DNA of 64,000 nt, taken from assembly GCA_049517415.1 (NCBI GenBank), contig JBEKSC010000013.1:1-64000 (forward strand), given 5' to 3'. The position numbers were made by a program, and so were the translations under genes. The notes beneath the pieces were generated by a model, which worked only from the letters and a program-made list of their open reading frames with translations, was not told where the DNA came from and made no database searches. Positions 29,347 through 38,489 of this stretch are shown piece after piece. Position 1 is the first letter of the stretch. Each line of letters begins with the position of its first letter. Source of the DNA: Candidatus Bathyarchaeia archaeon (GTDB taxonomy: Archaea > Thermoproteota > Bathyarchaeia > 40CM-2-53-6).

Positions 29347-30651
29347 CTATGACAAGAAGGCGGGTATTCTTTCTAACCTGAACACATCTTCGTAGCTCTC
29401 TCTTTCCCGAATTACATGCCCTACTCCTTCGTTCACCAACACCACTAATGGTCGCGGATAGCTGTTGTAATTGCTTGACATAGTGAATCCGTATGCCCCG
29501 ACATCCATAACCGCAAGAATGTCATCCTCTTCGAGGAATGGTAGCGTTCTATTCTTTCCAAGAACATCGCCCGACTCGCAACATGGTCCGCCAATGAAGT
29601 AATTCTCCTGTCCATTAGGTGAGTTCATCTTGTTGGCGACAGCGATACGGTGAAAGGCATCGTATAATGCAGGTCGAATTAGATGGTTCATACCAGAGTC
29701 CACTAAAGCCCAATTCGCAACAGGTGTTCTCTTCACAACTCCAACCTTCGTGAGAAGAATTCCTGCACTTGCCACCAGAGATCTTCCAAGCTCCAAGATG
29801 AGTGTGAGCTCTGACGCGCGGTTGGATTCTTGACGTAACCTAGTTGCAATCGTGTCTGCGAACTCATCAAAAAACGGGATTGTCTCATTTCCGGTGTAGG
29901 AAATCCCTATTCCGCCTCCCAAGTTCATGACTCTAATCTCGATCCCGAACTTGTCCAATAGTTCATCAGAAAGATCGAGCAATACTCTGCAGGCTTCGTC
30001 AAACGGCCGAACATCGAGTATTTCCGAACCCAAGTGAACATGCAATCCGTCAATCTCAATCATATCTTGATTTGATGCAAATTCGAATACACTAGGCATT
30101 GAGTCTATTGAGACACCAAACTTGTGTTGGCTCATCGCCGTGGAGAGATGAGGATGCGTTTCAACAGGAATGTTAGGGTTCACACGCATACCGATTCTGG
30201 CTTTTATCCCCAAGCCTTTCGCAATGACCTGCACCTTCTTTATCTCACTGGGCGAATCGACGTTTATCATCACTCTCGACTTGATTGCAGTCTCCAGTTC
30301 TGCAATCGATTTGTTTGGGCCATCGAAGACTATTCGATCCGGGGGGACACCGACTTTGAGTGCTGCATACAATTCTCCTCCAGAAGCTACTTCCGCGCCT
30401 GCTCCCAGGTCAGTGAGCATTTTGCAGATTGCTAGATGTGAATTCGCCTTGTACGCATAACAGATTGTAGTCCGCTTGTGACGTGTAGTCATAGCCTCGT
30501 GGATTGCAATCCAGTTTCTCTTGACAGTTCCCGCGTCCATAACGTACAGAGGAGTACCGAACTTGCGTGTTAACTCAATCGTGTCGACCCCGCCCCAGTG
30601 CAAATGATTCTCCATCGAATGGGCCTCGGTATTAGATTGCGTCGCTATCAT
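29347..30651 (-). CDS. lysA: Diaminopimelate decarboxylase
   Basis: GTPLYV, YAYKAN, HVHLGS, ELGR, CESGD, GAYG..MSSNYN. Confidence 0.9.
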   Translation of the reverse strand: MIATQSNTEAHSMENHLHWGGVDTIELTRKFGTPLYVMDAGTVKRNWIAIHEAMTTRHKRTTICYAYKANSHLAICKMLTDLGAGAEVASGGELYAALKVGVPPDRIVFDGPNKSIAELETAIKSRVMINVDSPSEIKKVQVIAKGLGIKARIGMRVNPNIPVETHPHLSTAMSQHKFGVSIDSMPSVFEFASNQDMIEIDGLHVHLGSEILDVRPFDEACRVLLDLSDELLDKFGIEIRVMNLGGGIGISYTGNETIPFFDEFADTIATRLRQESNRASELTLILELGRSLVASAGILLTKVGVVKRTPVANWALVDSGMNHLIRPALYDAFHRIAVANKMNSPNGQENYFIGGPCCESGDVLGKNRTLPFLEEDDILAVMDVGAYGFTMSSNYNSYPRPLVVLVNEGVGHVIRERESYEDVFRLERIPAFLS

Positions 30652-31236
30652 CCCAATGGGATTCCACTCTTACAAATTGTTCTCTATATGTCGGATTAGT
30701 TCTCTTTTGTATGGAAGTATTGCTGCGGTTCCTCCGGTGTGAAGAAAGAGAGCCCTTCGGCTCCACTATGTAGGATGGCGGTGTGTCCTCCAGACATTAG
30801 AAATATCAGCGAACAAAGGTCATAGAGTAGAAACGCTCTCGCATCGTCTGCTATGATTCGGGCTGGCGTGGTCGCCTCCACCATTTTTGTCATGCCCAAG
30901 TTCAAGAGTATGATGCGTGAAATGTAGATACATTGAAATTTATGGAGCAGGAAAACGAGAGTAATGAAATCGCTCAGAAACGAGCCGATTTGCGAGAAAC
31001 TCACCGCACAGGTGTGGGGGGGGGTTCCTCCCGCCCCACCAAGTGTTGTTGAAGCAGAAGGGTCAGATTCACCCTGTCTATCCAAATACGAAAGGCTCCT
31101 GGTGGGCCCATTGTGTAACAAGTTTGCATTTGTCATATGCATCAGCGCATACCTCTTTCATGCTGTTTTATCATGGTTTTTCATATGCTAGAACATCCAC
31201 GTGCAGTGATTCACGGCGCTTAACATTCAATGCAGC

Positions 31237-31313
31237 TCCCTCTCCCGGCGCCATTCCGAACCCTCTAGTTCACTTTGTGGCACGGGGTACTGGTCAGTGC
31301 GTCTAGACCCATC
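31237..31313 (+). repeat. att-like direct repeat (right; displaced tRNA 3' end)
   Basis: TCCCTCTCCCGGCGCCATTCCGAACCCTCTAGTTCACTTTGTG identical to 24639-24681. Confidence 0.95.
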
Positions 31314-31449
31314 TAGTGTGCAATTCCTTCATCTTGCCGAGATGCGGGTCGTTAGAGAAGCAGCTTGCCTTCAGTTGCAGTGCCGTTGTCGCGATAACGG
31401 CATCAGCAATCGATCGCGTGTCAAACAGGACGCGCTTTCTACCGCTCAT
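31303..31449 (-). pseudogene. vapC: VapC with in-frame internal deletion (48 aa)
   Basis: MSGRKRVLFDTR-SIADAVIATTALQLKASCFSNDPHL...RWV: PIN N- and C-terminal motifs joined, middle absent. Confidence 0.8.
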
Positions 31450-31663
31450 TTTCCGCTCTCATTTTGTCCAACCGTGAGAAGATGTCATGTTGTGATGCCT
31501 TCCCAGTCCCAACCATGTCGATTGTCGAGACCATTTTCTTTAACAACAACCCTTCACCGGTATCCTCAATTTCCAAGGTCGTACCCTCTTCAATCCCGTA
31601 TTTCTTCCTGAACTCAGCTGGGATCATAGTTTGACCTCTTCCGGTTACACTCACGGTCACCAT
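31439..31663 (-). CDS. AbrB/MazE/SpoVT-family antitoxin
   Basis: VTGRGQTMIPAEFRKKYGIEEG; ATG at 31663. Confidence 0.9.
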   Translation of the reverse strand: MVTVSVTGRGQTMIPAEFRKKYGIEEGTTLEIEDTGEGLLLKKMVSTIDMVGTGKASQHDIFSRLDKMRAENER

Positions 31664-31922
31664 ACGAACATCAAAACTCCTACTTCTTAGAATCCTATTA
31701 AGCGTCGTCTTCGGATCGAAGGTAGATATTTTCTGTATTCGATTACCTCTCAATTTGTATGTCATACGTTCTCTCCATAGCAATCCCATCGTTAGCGACC
31801 GGTGAACGCGCAGATGCGCTCTCACATGAAAGCAGAAATTGCACGGGCGCAGTACGGATGTGCGATGTCGATTGGTTACTCCACGGCAAGGTATTTCAAG
31901 AAGCGATTCTCGGCATCGAGAT

Positions 31923-33365
31923 TTGCCACCAGACCTCTTCATAAAATACAGTCATCAGACGGCCGATTGGATCGCTCACTACCTAGAAAACATGAACGAC
32001 TATCCCGTACTGTCCCGCACAAAACCCGGCGAAATCAAATCACGCATACCAAAATCCCCACCTGAAAAACCAGAACCCTTCGAGAATGTGCTAAGTGATT
32101 TTCAAAAGGTCATCTTGCCCGGAATTACTCATTGGAACCATCCCCGATTTTTCGCGTATTTCTCAATCACAGGGTCCTACCCTGGAATCATCGGCGAATT
32201 GTTGTCAAGCGCTTTGAACGTGAACGCGATGCTCTGGAAGGCCTCTCCCTCTGCCACTGAACTCGAGGAAGTGGTGTTGGGTTGGCTGCGGCAGATGGTT
32301 GGCCTTCCGAAGCAGTTTGAGGGTGTGATAAACGATACAGCTTCCGTTGGCAGCATGTGCGCGATGGCTGCGGCGCGAGAGGCCATAGACCTGCGAGTCC
32401 GCGAGAAGGGGCTGGCCGGTAGAAGGGAGCTTCCTCAACTACGCGCCTACAGCTCTGAGGAAGCCCATTCATCCATCGAGAAAGCCGCCATTGTCCTAGG
32501 CTTCGGGCAGGAGGGTATTCGGAAGATTTCGACCGACGAAGCATTTCGGATGGATGTTCATGCTTTAGAGGAGGCTGTCAAATCGGACCTCGATGCGGGC
32601 ATAAAGCCGGTCTGTGTTATTGCAACGATTGGAACCACTTCAACTACGAGCGTCGACCCAGTGATGGAGATTGCCGAGGTTTGCAAGAAATATGGGATCT
32701 GGCTTCACGTTGACGCCGCTTATGGAGGCTCCGCAGCCATCTTACCCGAGATGCGTCCTCAATTTGCCGGCTGGGAGAATGCTGATTCCATAATCATTAA
32801 TCCCCATAAGTGGCTGTTCACGCCGATCGATTGCAGCGTCCTCTATTGCAAGCGCCCCGACGTCCTCAAACAGGCTTTCAGTCTGACCCCTGAATACCTT
32901 CGCACGACAGGAACTGGCGAAGAGAAGAATATGATGGATTATGGCATAAGCTTAGGCCGGCGGTTCCGCGCACTCAAACTATGGATGGTCATTCGTTCCC
33001 TGGGATGCGAGGGCATTGCGAACGCCATAAAAGACCACATTGCCTACGCCCGAAGACTCGCGGAGCTAATTGAGCGCCACCCAGACTTTCAGATGTTGGC
33101 CCCGGTTCCTTTCAGCACCCTAGTATTCCGATTCTCCCCCAAGAACCTGCCAAGTAAGCCTCCCTCAGACTCGGAACTTAACGACCTCAACGAAAAACTG
33201 TTGGAAGCAGTGAACGAAACAGGCAGAGTATTTCTCTCGCACACGAAACTCAGGGGAAAATTCGGAATCCGATTGGCGATAGGTAATCTGAAGACCAGCT
33301 GGGAAGATGTTTCAGAGGCTTGGGATGTGGTTCAGCAGAAGGCTGCAGAACTCTCACAGCCATGA
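31923..33365 (+). CDS. Group II PLP-dependent (aromatic-L-amino-acid-type) decarboxylase
   Basis: PGITHWNHPRFFAYF, SPSATELE, HSSIEKA, HVDAAYGG, NPHKW, GRRFRALKLW; start uncertain (ORF open from 31839). Confidence 0.9.
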   Translation: MPPDLFIKYSHQTADWIAHYLENMNDYPVLSRTKPGEIKSRIPKSPPEKPEPFENVLSDFQKVILPGITHWNHPRFFAYFSITGSYPGIIGELLSSALNVNAMLWKASPSATELEEVVLGWLRQMVGLPKQFEGVINDTASVGSMCAMAAAREAIDLRVREKGLAGRRELPQLRAYSSEEAHSSIEKAAIVLGFGQEGIRKISTDEAFRMDVHALEEAVKSDLDAGIKPVCVIATIGTTSTTSVDPVMEIAEVCKKYGIWLHVDAAYGGSAAILPEMRPQFAGWENADSIIINPHKWLFTPIDCSVLYCKRPDVLKQAFSLTPEYLRTTGTGEEKNMMDYGISLGRRFRALKLWMVIRSLGCEGIANAIKDHIAYARRLAELIERHPDFQMLAPVPFSTLVFRFSPKNLPSKPPSDSELNDLNEKLLEAVNETGRVFLSHTKLRGKFGIRLAIGNLKTSWEDVSEAWDVVQQKAAELSQP

Positions 33366-33456
33366 GTTGGCTAGCTAGGGTTATTCTGGACTCGATTTCC
33401 GGCAAGGTTTAATACAATTCAGCCTTTCGCTACTTCCCATTCGGTGTAAGAAGCAG

Positions 33457-33972
33457 ATGTCGAGAGAGTTCAGGCAAATCCTCCGCGTTGCAGGCACTAA
33501 CGTAGACGGGACGAAGAAGTTGGCTTACGGCCTCTTGCACATCAAGGGTGTAGGGCCAAGCTATGCCATTGCAATAGTTCGCGCTGCGGAGCTCCGGCCA
33601 GAGTCGAGGTTTGGCGATCTTTCTGAGGGTGAGGTCCAGAAACTGGAGGACGTGATGAAGGACCCTGCGAAGTACGGGCTGCCTTCACGGCTTTTCAATA
33701 GAAGAAAAAGTCTTGACAGCGGCCGCGACGTGCATTTGATCGGCGCGGACCTGGCGTTGAGCATTAAGACTGATGTCGATTTCATGACGGATATTCGGAG
33801 TTGGAAGGGCATTAGGCACTCCTTGGGCCTGAAGGTTCGCGGACAACATACGAGGACGACGGGCCGGAAGGGTAGGGCGGTCGGTGTGGCAAAGAAAGTT
33901 GTTATGGAAGCTGCTAGGGCAGCTATGGCCGCTGAGAGGAAGGGCGAGGAAACGAAGGAAGAAAAGAAGTAA
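33457..33972 (+). CDS. rps13: 30S ribosomal protein S13
   Basis: GIRHSLGLKVRGQHTRTTGR. Confidence 0.97.
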   Translation: MSREFRQILRVAGTNVDGTKKLAYGLLHIKGVGPSYAIAIVRAAELRPESRFGDLSEGEVQKLEDVMKDPAKYGLPSRLFNRRKSLDSGRDVHLIGADLALSIKTDVDFMTDIRSWKGIRHSLGLKVRGQHTRTTGRKGRAVGVAKKVVMEAARAAMAAERKGEETKEEKK

Positions 33973-33984
33973 GGCTGATAACAA

Positions 33985-34551
33985 ATGGGCGATCCGAAAA
34001 GACAACGAAAAACCTACGAAACTCCCAGGCATCCATGGCGAAGGGAACAGCTCGAGCTCGAACTTCGCCTAATGGGAGAATATGGCCTCCGCAACAAACG
34101 AGAACTCTGGCGTTACAAAACAATGCTTTCTCAGGTCAGGGGCATCGCGAGGTCACTGCTGGGTTCTACCGTTGAAGAACGCGAACGAGTAGAGCACGAG
34201 TACCTTTCAAAGCTTAGCCGAATCGGAGTTCTAGCCGAATCCGCTAACATCGATGAGGTTCTGGACCTGGAGATTCGAGACCTGCTGGAACGCAGATTGC
34301 AAACCATGGTCTTCAGAAGAGGATTGGCGAAAACACCCTTCCAAGCACGCCAACTTGTCTCGCACGGGCACATATCGGTGGCGGGAAAAATCGTGTCAGT
34401 GCCCGGCTACATGGTGAAGCGCGACGAGGAAGAGAAATTGAAGTTCTTCTCTCATAGCCCACTGTCGAAGGCCGACCATCCCATGAGGAAGCTTATCACA
34501 GCCACGGCCGCGGGCCAAGCTGTGAACGAACCATCCCCAAACCCTCTCTAG
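33985..34551 (+). CDS. rps4: 30S ribosomal protein S4
   Basis: [37 protein letters not shown]. Confidence 0.97.
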   Translation: MGDPKRQRKTYETPRHPWRREQLELELRLMGEYGLRNKRELWRYKTMLSQVRGIARSLLGSTVEERERVEHEYLSKLSRIGVLAESANIDEVLDLEIRDLLERRLQTMVFRRGLAKTPFQARQLVSHGHISVAGKIVSVPGYMVKRDEEEKLKFFSHSPLSKADHPMRKLITATAAGQAVNEPSPNPL

Positions 34552-34967
34552 GAACGTCTTCTCAAAACTAACAGAAACATCAGCCCTACGAGTGTGAGGA
34601 CGCCGGCCAATACGATGAGGGCGACGGAATAAGGTCCGCTTCCGAGGATTATTGGAATCGGCCCAATCAAAATGATTGCCCCTCCGCTAAACTGGCCAGG
34701 GTTTGAGGCTGAACCGAAAGTTATCAGAAGCACGCCGATGAAAATAACGGCGAAAGCTATGAAAAATAGCCACGTCGCCAATGGGAAACGGGAAGTAGTC
34801 GAACTTGCCAGCGGTGAGGGAGGCCTCAGTTTGGCTTGGCATTCAGAACAAAGGAAATGGATTGGGTCGATGCAGTTGCTACAGCCAACACGCCCGCAAC
34901 CTTGGCAGATATGAGTTGCCGGCCGCATTTCACAGATTGGGCAGAGGAGAGGTGACATGCGGTTCAC
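34548..34967 (-). CDS. DUF131 membrane protein with N-terminal Zn finger
   Basis: [15 protein letters not shown]; four CxxC pairs. Confidence 0.8.
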   Translation of the reverse strand: MNRMSPLLCPICEMRPATHICQGCGRVGCSNCIDPIHFLCSECQAKLRPPSPLASSTTSRFPLATWLFFIAFAVIFIGVLLITFGSASNPGQFSGGAIILIGPIPIILGSGPYSVALIVLAGVLTLVGLMFLLVLRRRS

Positions 34968-35218
34968 CGGGCAAGGAATATTGAGGCAATGAGGACGACG
35001 GCTATGAGAATTATGGATAGTATCACGAGAGTCTTCACCGATTCGCGATCGGTTCCGAAGATTATTGGGATGGGGCCTATGAGCAGGATGCCCGCTCCGC
35101 GGGTTTTTGTCCCTTCGTTGGCCGACCTAGTGGCGAGGAGGATGACTGCAATTAACGCGAGGACAAATCCGATGAACACAAGACCGAATCCAATCGTGGC
35201 GATGGAGATCTCGTTCAA
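34964..35218 (-). CDS. DUF131 (TIGR00304-like) membrane protein
   Basis: [17 protein letters not shown]. Confidence 0.85.
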   Translation of the reverse strand: MNEISIATIGFGLVFIGFVLALIAVILLATRSANEGTKTRGAGILLIGPIPIIFGTDRESVKTLVILSIILIAVVLIASIFLAR

Positions 35219-35375
35219 CGATTTACAGTCCTAACATCTATCGATGTTCCTCGTGAACTTTAACTGTTCGAGAACATTTGCTATTTTCGACGTTCGAAAA
35301 GTCGTAATAGTTTATAAGCCCCGCAGAGGCTACCTCCGAAAGTCTTTCACAAGAAGTGAAAATATCGTGGACTTC

Positions 35376-35456
35376 GGACCCGGACGACAAGATTCATGTC
35401 GTGCAGCGGAATCTGGCCCACGACACGTACCGTTCCTCCTGAGGGGTCCGTAGGTT
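35376..35456 (+). pseudogene. Possible decayed 3' relic of rps11
   Basis: GPGRQDSCRA vs S11 GPGAQAAIRA; AHD...GVRR in another frame vs PHD...GRRV; syntenic position before rpoD. Confidence 0.4.
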
Positions 35457-36284
35457 TTGGACGTAAAGATTCTGGAAGAGAAGGACAACACACTCCGTTT
35501 CCTGTTGAAAGGAACTGGACACGCTTACGCTAACGCGCTTCGCCGCACCATGATGGCGGAAGTTCCGGTGATGGCTATTGAAGACGTTATCGTAATCGAA
35601 AACACATCCGTTCTCTACGACGAAGTGATAGCCCATAGGCTTGGGCTCATACCGATTAAAACGGACTTGGACGCTTACGTATTGCCCGAGGAATGTGACT
35701 GCAAGAGCGAGTTGGGCTGCAGTAAATGCAGGGCGTCTTTCACACTCGAAGCAGAAGCAGTTGACGAAGCAGTCATGGTATACTCATCGGCTTTGAAAGG
35801 AGAAAGTGACACAGCGCCTGTGAGTGGCAATATCCCAATAGTCAAACTGGGCCCGATGCAGAAGTTGAAACTAGAAGTTTATGCCAGGTTAGGGAGGGGG
35901 TTGGAGCACGCCAAATGGCAACCTGTTTCAGCGTGCGCCTACAAGTACGTGCCGAAGGTGACGCTGAACGCCGACAACCTAGCCAACCCCGATGAAGTTA
36001 TCCGAGTTTGCCCAACCGATGTCTACGTCCCTGACCCCGAAAACAAAATTGCCGTTCGCAATGAACTTGCTTGCACGCTGTGCATGGACTGCGTCGAGAA
36101 AGCTGTCCCAATAGATTCCAAGAAGACATTTCCAGTTAAGATTGAAGGCGATGACAGATCATTCCTGTTTTATGTAGAGTCAACCGGAGCCTTACCGCCG
36201 AAAAGAATCACGGAAGAGGCAACGAAGGTTCTAGATAAAAAGGCAAATACTCTCGCCGACTTGGCGAAGAAGGGCTTCGAATAG
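35457..36284 (+). CDS. rpoD: RNA polymerase subunit D (Rpo3)
   Basis: ANALRRTMMAEVP, AHRLGLIP, EHAKWQP, CTLCMDC ferredoxin-like insert. Confidence 0.97.
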   Translation: MDVKILEEKDNTLRFLLKGTGHAYANALRRTMMAEVPVMAIEDVIVIENTSVLYDEVIAHRLGLIPIKTDLDAYVLPEECDCKSELGCSKCRASFTLEAEAVDEAVMVYSSALKGESDTAPVSGNIPIVKLGPMQKLKLEVYARLGRGLEHAKWQPVSACAYKYVPKVTLNADNLANPDEVIRVCPTDVYVPDPENKIAVRNELACTLCMDCVEKAVPIDSKKTFPVKIEGDDRSFLFYVESTGALPPKRITEEATKVLDKKANTLADLAKKGFE

Positions 36285-36296
36285 GAGAATTCCCCT

Positions 36297-36656
36297 ATGC
36301 GCCCTGCAATCACAAACACCGAACTACTCGATACAATCAAATTCCTTAAAGTCCAAGCTAGGCAAAACAAAGCCAAGATCTGGGCGGTAACAGCGGAATG
36401 CCTCTCTGGCCCTAGACGAAACAGGGCGGTTCTAGACCTGAACCATATATCCCGGGCATCGAAACGTAACGCACTCGTACTTGTCCCAGGAAAAGTCCTG
36501 TCAGCTGGCGACATTAAGCACCCCGTGACTGTTGGGGCCTTCCAGTTCTCCCAGGCAGCGAGAGCGAAGATTGAACTAGCTGGAGGAAAATGCGTTGCAA
36601 TCAAAGATTTCGTCAGCAAGAACCCAAAGGGATCAAACGTTCTAATTCTGAGATGA
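36297..36656 (+). CDS. rpl18e: 50S ribosomal protein L18e
   Basis: VPGKVL, FSQAA..KI..AGG. Confidence 0.95.
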   Translation: MRPAITNTELLDTIKFLKVQARQNKAKIWAVTAECLSGPRRNRAVLDLNHISRASKRNALVLVPGKVLSAGDIKHPVTVGAFQFSQAARAKIELAGGKCVAIKDFVSKNPKGSNVLILR

Positions 36657-37099
36657 GTGCCATGTCGAAAGAACCTGTGCTTCTGGATGCGAATAATCAG
36701 ATCCTAGGGCGATTGGCCAGCTACGTGGCTAAACACGCCTTAAGCGGCAACGAGATCATCGTCCTCAACGCTGAAAAGGCCGTAATCTCTGGGAGGAGAA
36801 AGAACATTGTGGAAGAAGCAAAGAGGCGACTCAAAACGCGAACACTTGCAAACCAGACAACTGCCCCAATGCACCAACGGCGGCCAGACCTATACTTTAG
36901 GCGGGTAGTCCGTGGTATGCTCCCTTGGAAGAAGGCTAAAGGAAAGGCCGCGTTCCACAGGGTCATCGTGTTCATAGGCGTTCCGGAAGAGTATTCGAAC
37001 AAGACCACTGTGAAAGTGGCCGGCGCAGATGCTTCAAAGCTCGGTACACCTTACATAACCCTGGCGGACCTCGCGACGGAGACTTGGGGGGAAATTTGA
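36653..37099 (+). CDS. rpl13: 50S ribosomal protein L13
   Basis: ILGRLAS, NAEKAVISG, VRGMLP; ATGA overlap with rpl18e. Confidence 0.95.
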   Translation: MSAMSKEPVLLDANNQILGRLASYVAKHALSGNEIIVLNAEKAVISGRRKNIVEEAKRRLKTRTLANQTTAPMHQRRPDLYFRRVVRGMLPWKKAKGKAAFHRVIVFIGVPEEYSNKTTVKVAGADASKLGTPYITLADLATETWGEI

Positions 37100-37573
37100 A
37101 TGAGTGAGACACTAGAAGCGTTGCAAAAACCAGAGAAGGCTGAGAAACCCGAGAAAGCCGAGAAAGCGGAGAAGAAGAGGCTGATACTCGTCACGGGAAA
37201 AAGGAAAACCGCTATCGCAAGAGCCGTAATCAAGACCGGTTCTGGAAATGTAATTGTGAACGGCCTCCCACTTGCAACGTTCACTCCTGAGATTGCTAGG
37301 ATGAAAATAACCGAGCCCTTGGCGCTGTCGGGGGAGAGGGCGAAAGGAGTAGACATCAATGTGAAGGTTAGCGGCGGAGGATTCATGGGTCAAGCTGAAG
37401 CAGCCCGTATGGCTGTGGCAAAGGGTTTGGTCCAATGGTCGCGCAGCTCCGAACTCAAGAAGACCATGACTAACTACGATCGAACTATGCTCGCGGGCGA
37501 CCCGAGAAGAAAGGAACCTAAAAAGTTCGGTGGGCCAGGAGCCAGACGCCGGGAGCAGAAATCATACAGGTAG
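37100..37573 (+). CDS. rps9: 30S ribosomal protein S9
   Basis: [31 protein letters not shown]. Confidence 0.97.
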   Translation: MSETLEALQKPEKAEKPEKAEKAEKKRLILVTGKRKTAIARAVIKTGSGNVIVNGLPLATFTPEIARMKITEPLALSGERAKGVDINVKVSGGGFMGQAEAARMAVAKGLVQWSRSSELKKTMTNYDRTMLAGDPRRKEPKKFGGPGARRREQKSYR

Positions 37574-37581
37574 AATGAAAT

Positions 37582-37806
37582 TTGATCATACCAGTAAGAT
37601 GCTTCACGTGCGGAAAACTCGTCGCGGACCGCTGGGAAGAGTTCGCACGGCGAGTTAAGGCCGGAGAGACGCCGAAGACGGTCTTGGACGAAATGGGAAT
37701 GACAAGGTATTGCTGCCGTCGCATGTTCATATCGCAAGTGGACGTTCTAGACGATTTATTGCGTTACTCAGAGGTCACCGCTAAGAAACGTGCACAATTC
37801 GATTAA
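37582..37806 (+). CDS. rpoN: RNA polymerase subunit N (Rpo10)
   Basis: IPVRCFTCGK, RYCCRRM. Confidence 0.97.
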   Translation: MIIPVRCFTCGKLVADRWEEFARRVKAGETPKTVLDEMGMTRYCCRRMFISQVDVLDDLLRYSEVTAKKRAQFD

Positions 37807-37823
37807 GCATTGGGCGTGCCAAC

Positions 37824-38489
37824 ATGTCAGAGGTTGAAGAAAAAGAGGGAATGCCGAAGTCGGAGGATCTACTCCTCCCGCTCGAAGAGCTACTTGCCGC
37901 AGGGCTACACATAGGCACGAGGATTAAGACCGGAGACATGGAACCTTACATTTACCGTGTCAGGCCCGATGGCCTATTCATACTAAACATAGGGAAGACT
38001 GATGAGAAAATTCGTTTAGCAGCTCGATTTATCGCACGCTTTGAGGAGAGTCGCGTACTGATCGTTTCCTCTAGACTCTATGGGAAAACTCCCGTTGAGA
38101 AGTTCTGTGGAATGGCGAAGACCGTTCCAATCATTGGCCGCTTCATGCCAGGCCTTATCTCAAACCCGCTACAACCAAACCATGCAGACCCACAGGTTAT
38201 AATGGTAACCGACCCGAGAGCGGACTGGCAGTCTATCAAAGAAGCGACCAGTGCCGGAGTTCCCGTCATAGCTCTTTGCGACACAGACAATGTTTTCAGC
38301 GGAGTCGACCTTGCAATCCCTGTAAACAACAAGGGGCGACGTGCGTTGGCAATGGTCTACTACCTATTGGCACGCCAGGTACTGCGCGAGAGAGGAGAAC
38401 TCGCCCAGGATGGTGCAATCACCGGCACGGTGGATGATTTCGAGACAAAGTTGGCAGCTATCGCCCCGAGAGCGGGCGGTGAGCTTTGA
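37824..38489 (+). CDS. rps2: 30S ribosomal protein S2
   Basis: GLHIGT, GRFMPG, PVNNKGRRALA. Confidence 0.97.
   Translation: MSEVEEKEGMPKSEDLLLPLEELLAAGLHIGTRIKTGDMEPYIYRVRPDGLFILNIGKTDEKIRLAARFIARFEESRVLIVSSRLYGKTPVEKFCGMAKTVPIIGRFMPGLISNPLQPNHADPQVIMVTDPRADWQSIKEATSAGVPVIALCDTDNVFSGVDLAIPVNNKGRRALAMVYYLLARQVLRERGELAQDGAITGTVDDFETKLAAIAPRAGGEL

Larger units (their letters stand above)
24639..31313. mobile_element. tRNA-Ser-integrated genomic island (~6.6 kb), no integrase visible
   Basis: 77-bp direct repeats at both ends; the left one overlaps the tRNA 3' end. Confidence 0.85.

Noticed and set aside
30696..31236. Overlapping ORFs at the island's right end as integrase fragments
   Set aside because: No tyrosine-recombinase R-H-R-Y motifs in the translations; they look spurious.
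37130..37177. (P/A)EK tandem repeat in the S9 N-terminus
   Set aside because: Ordinary low-complexity extension.
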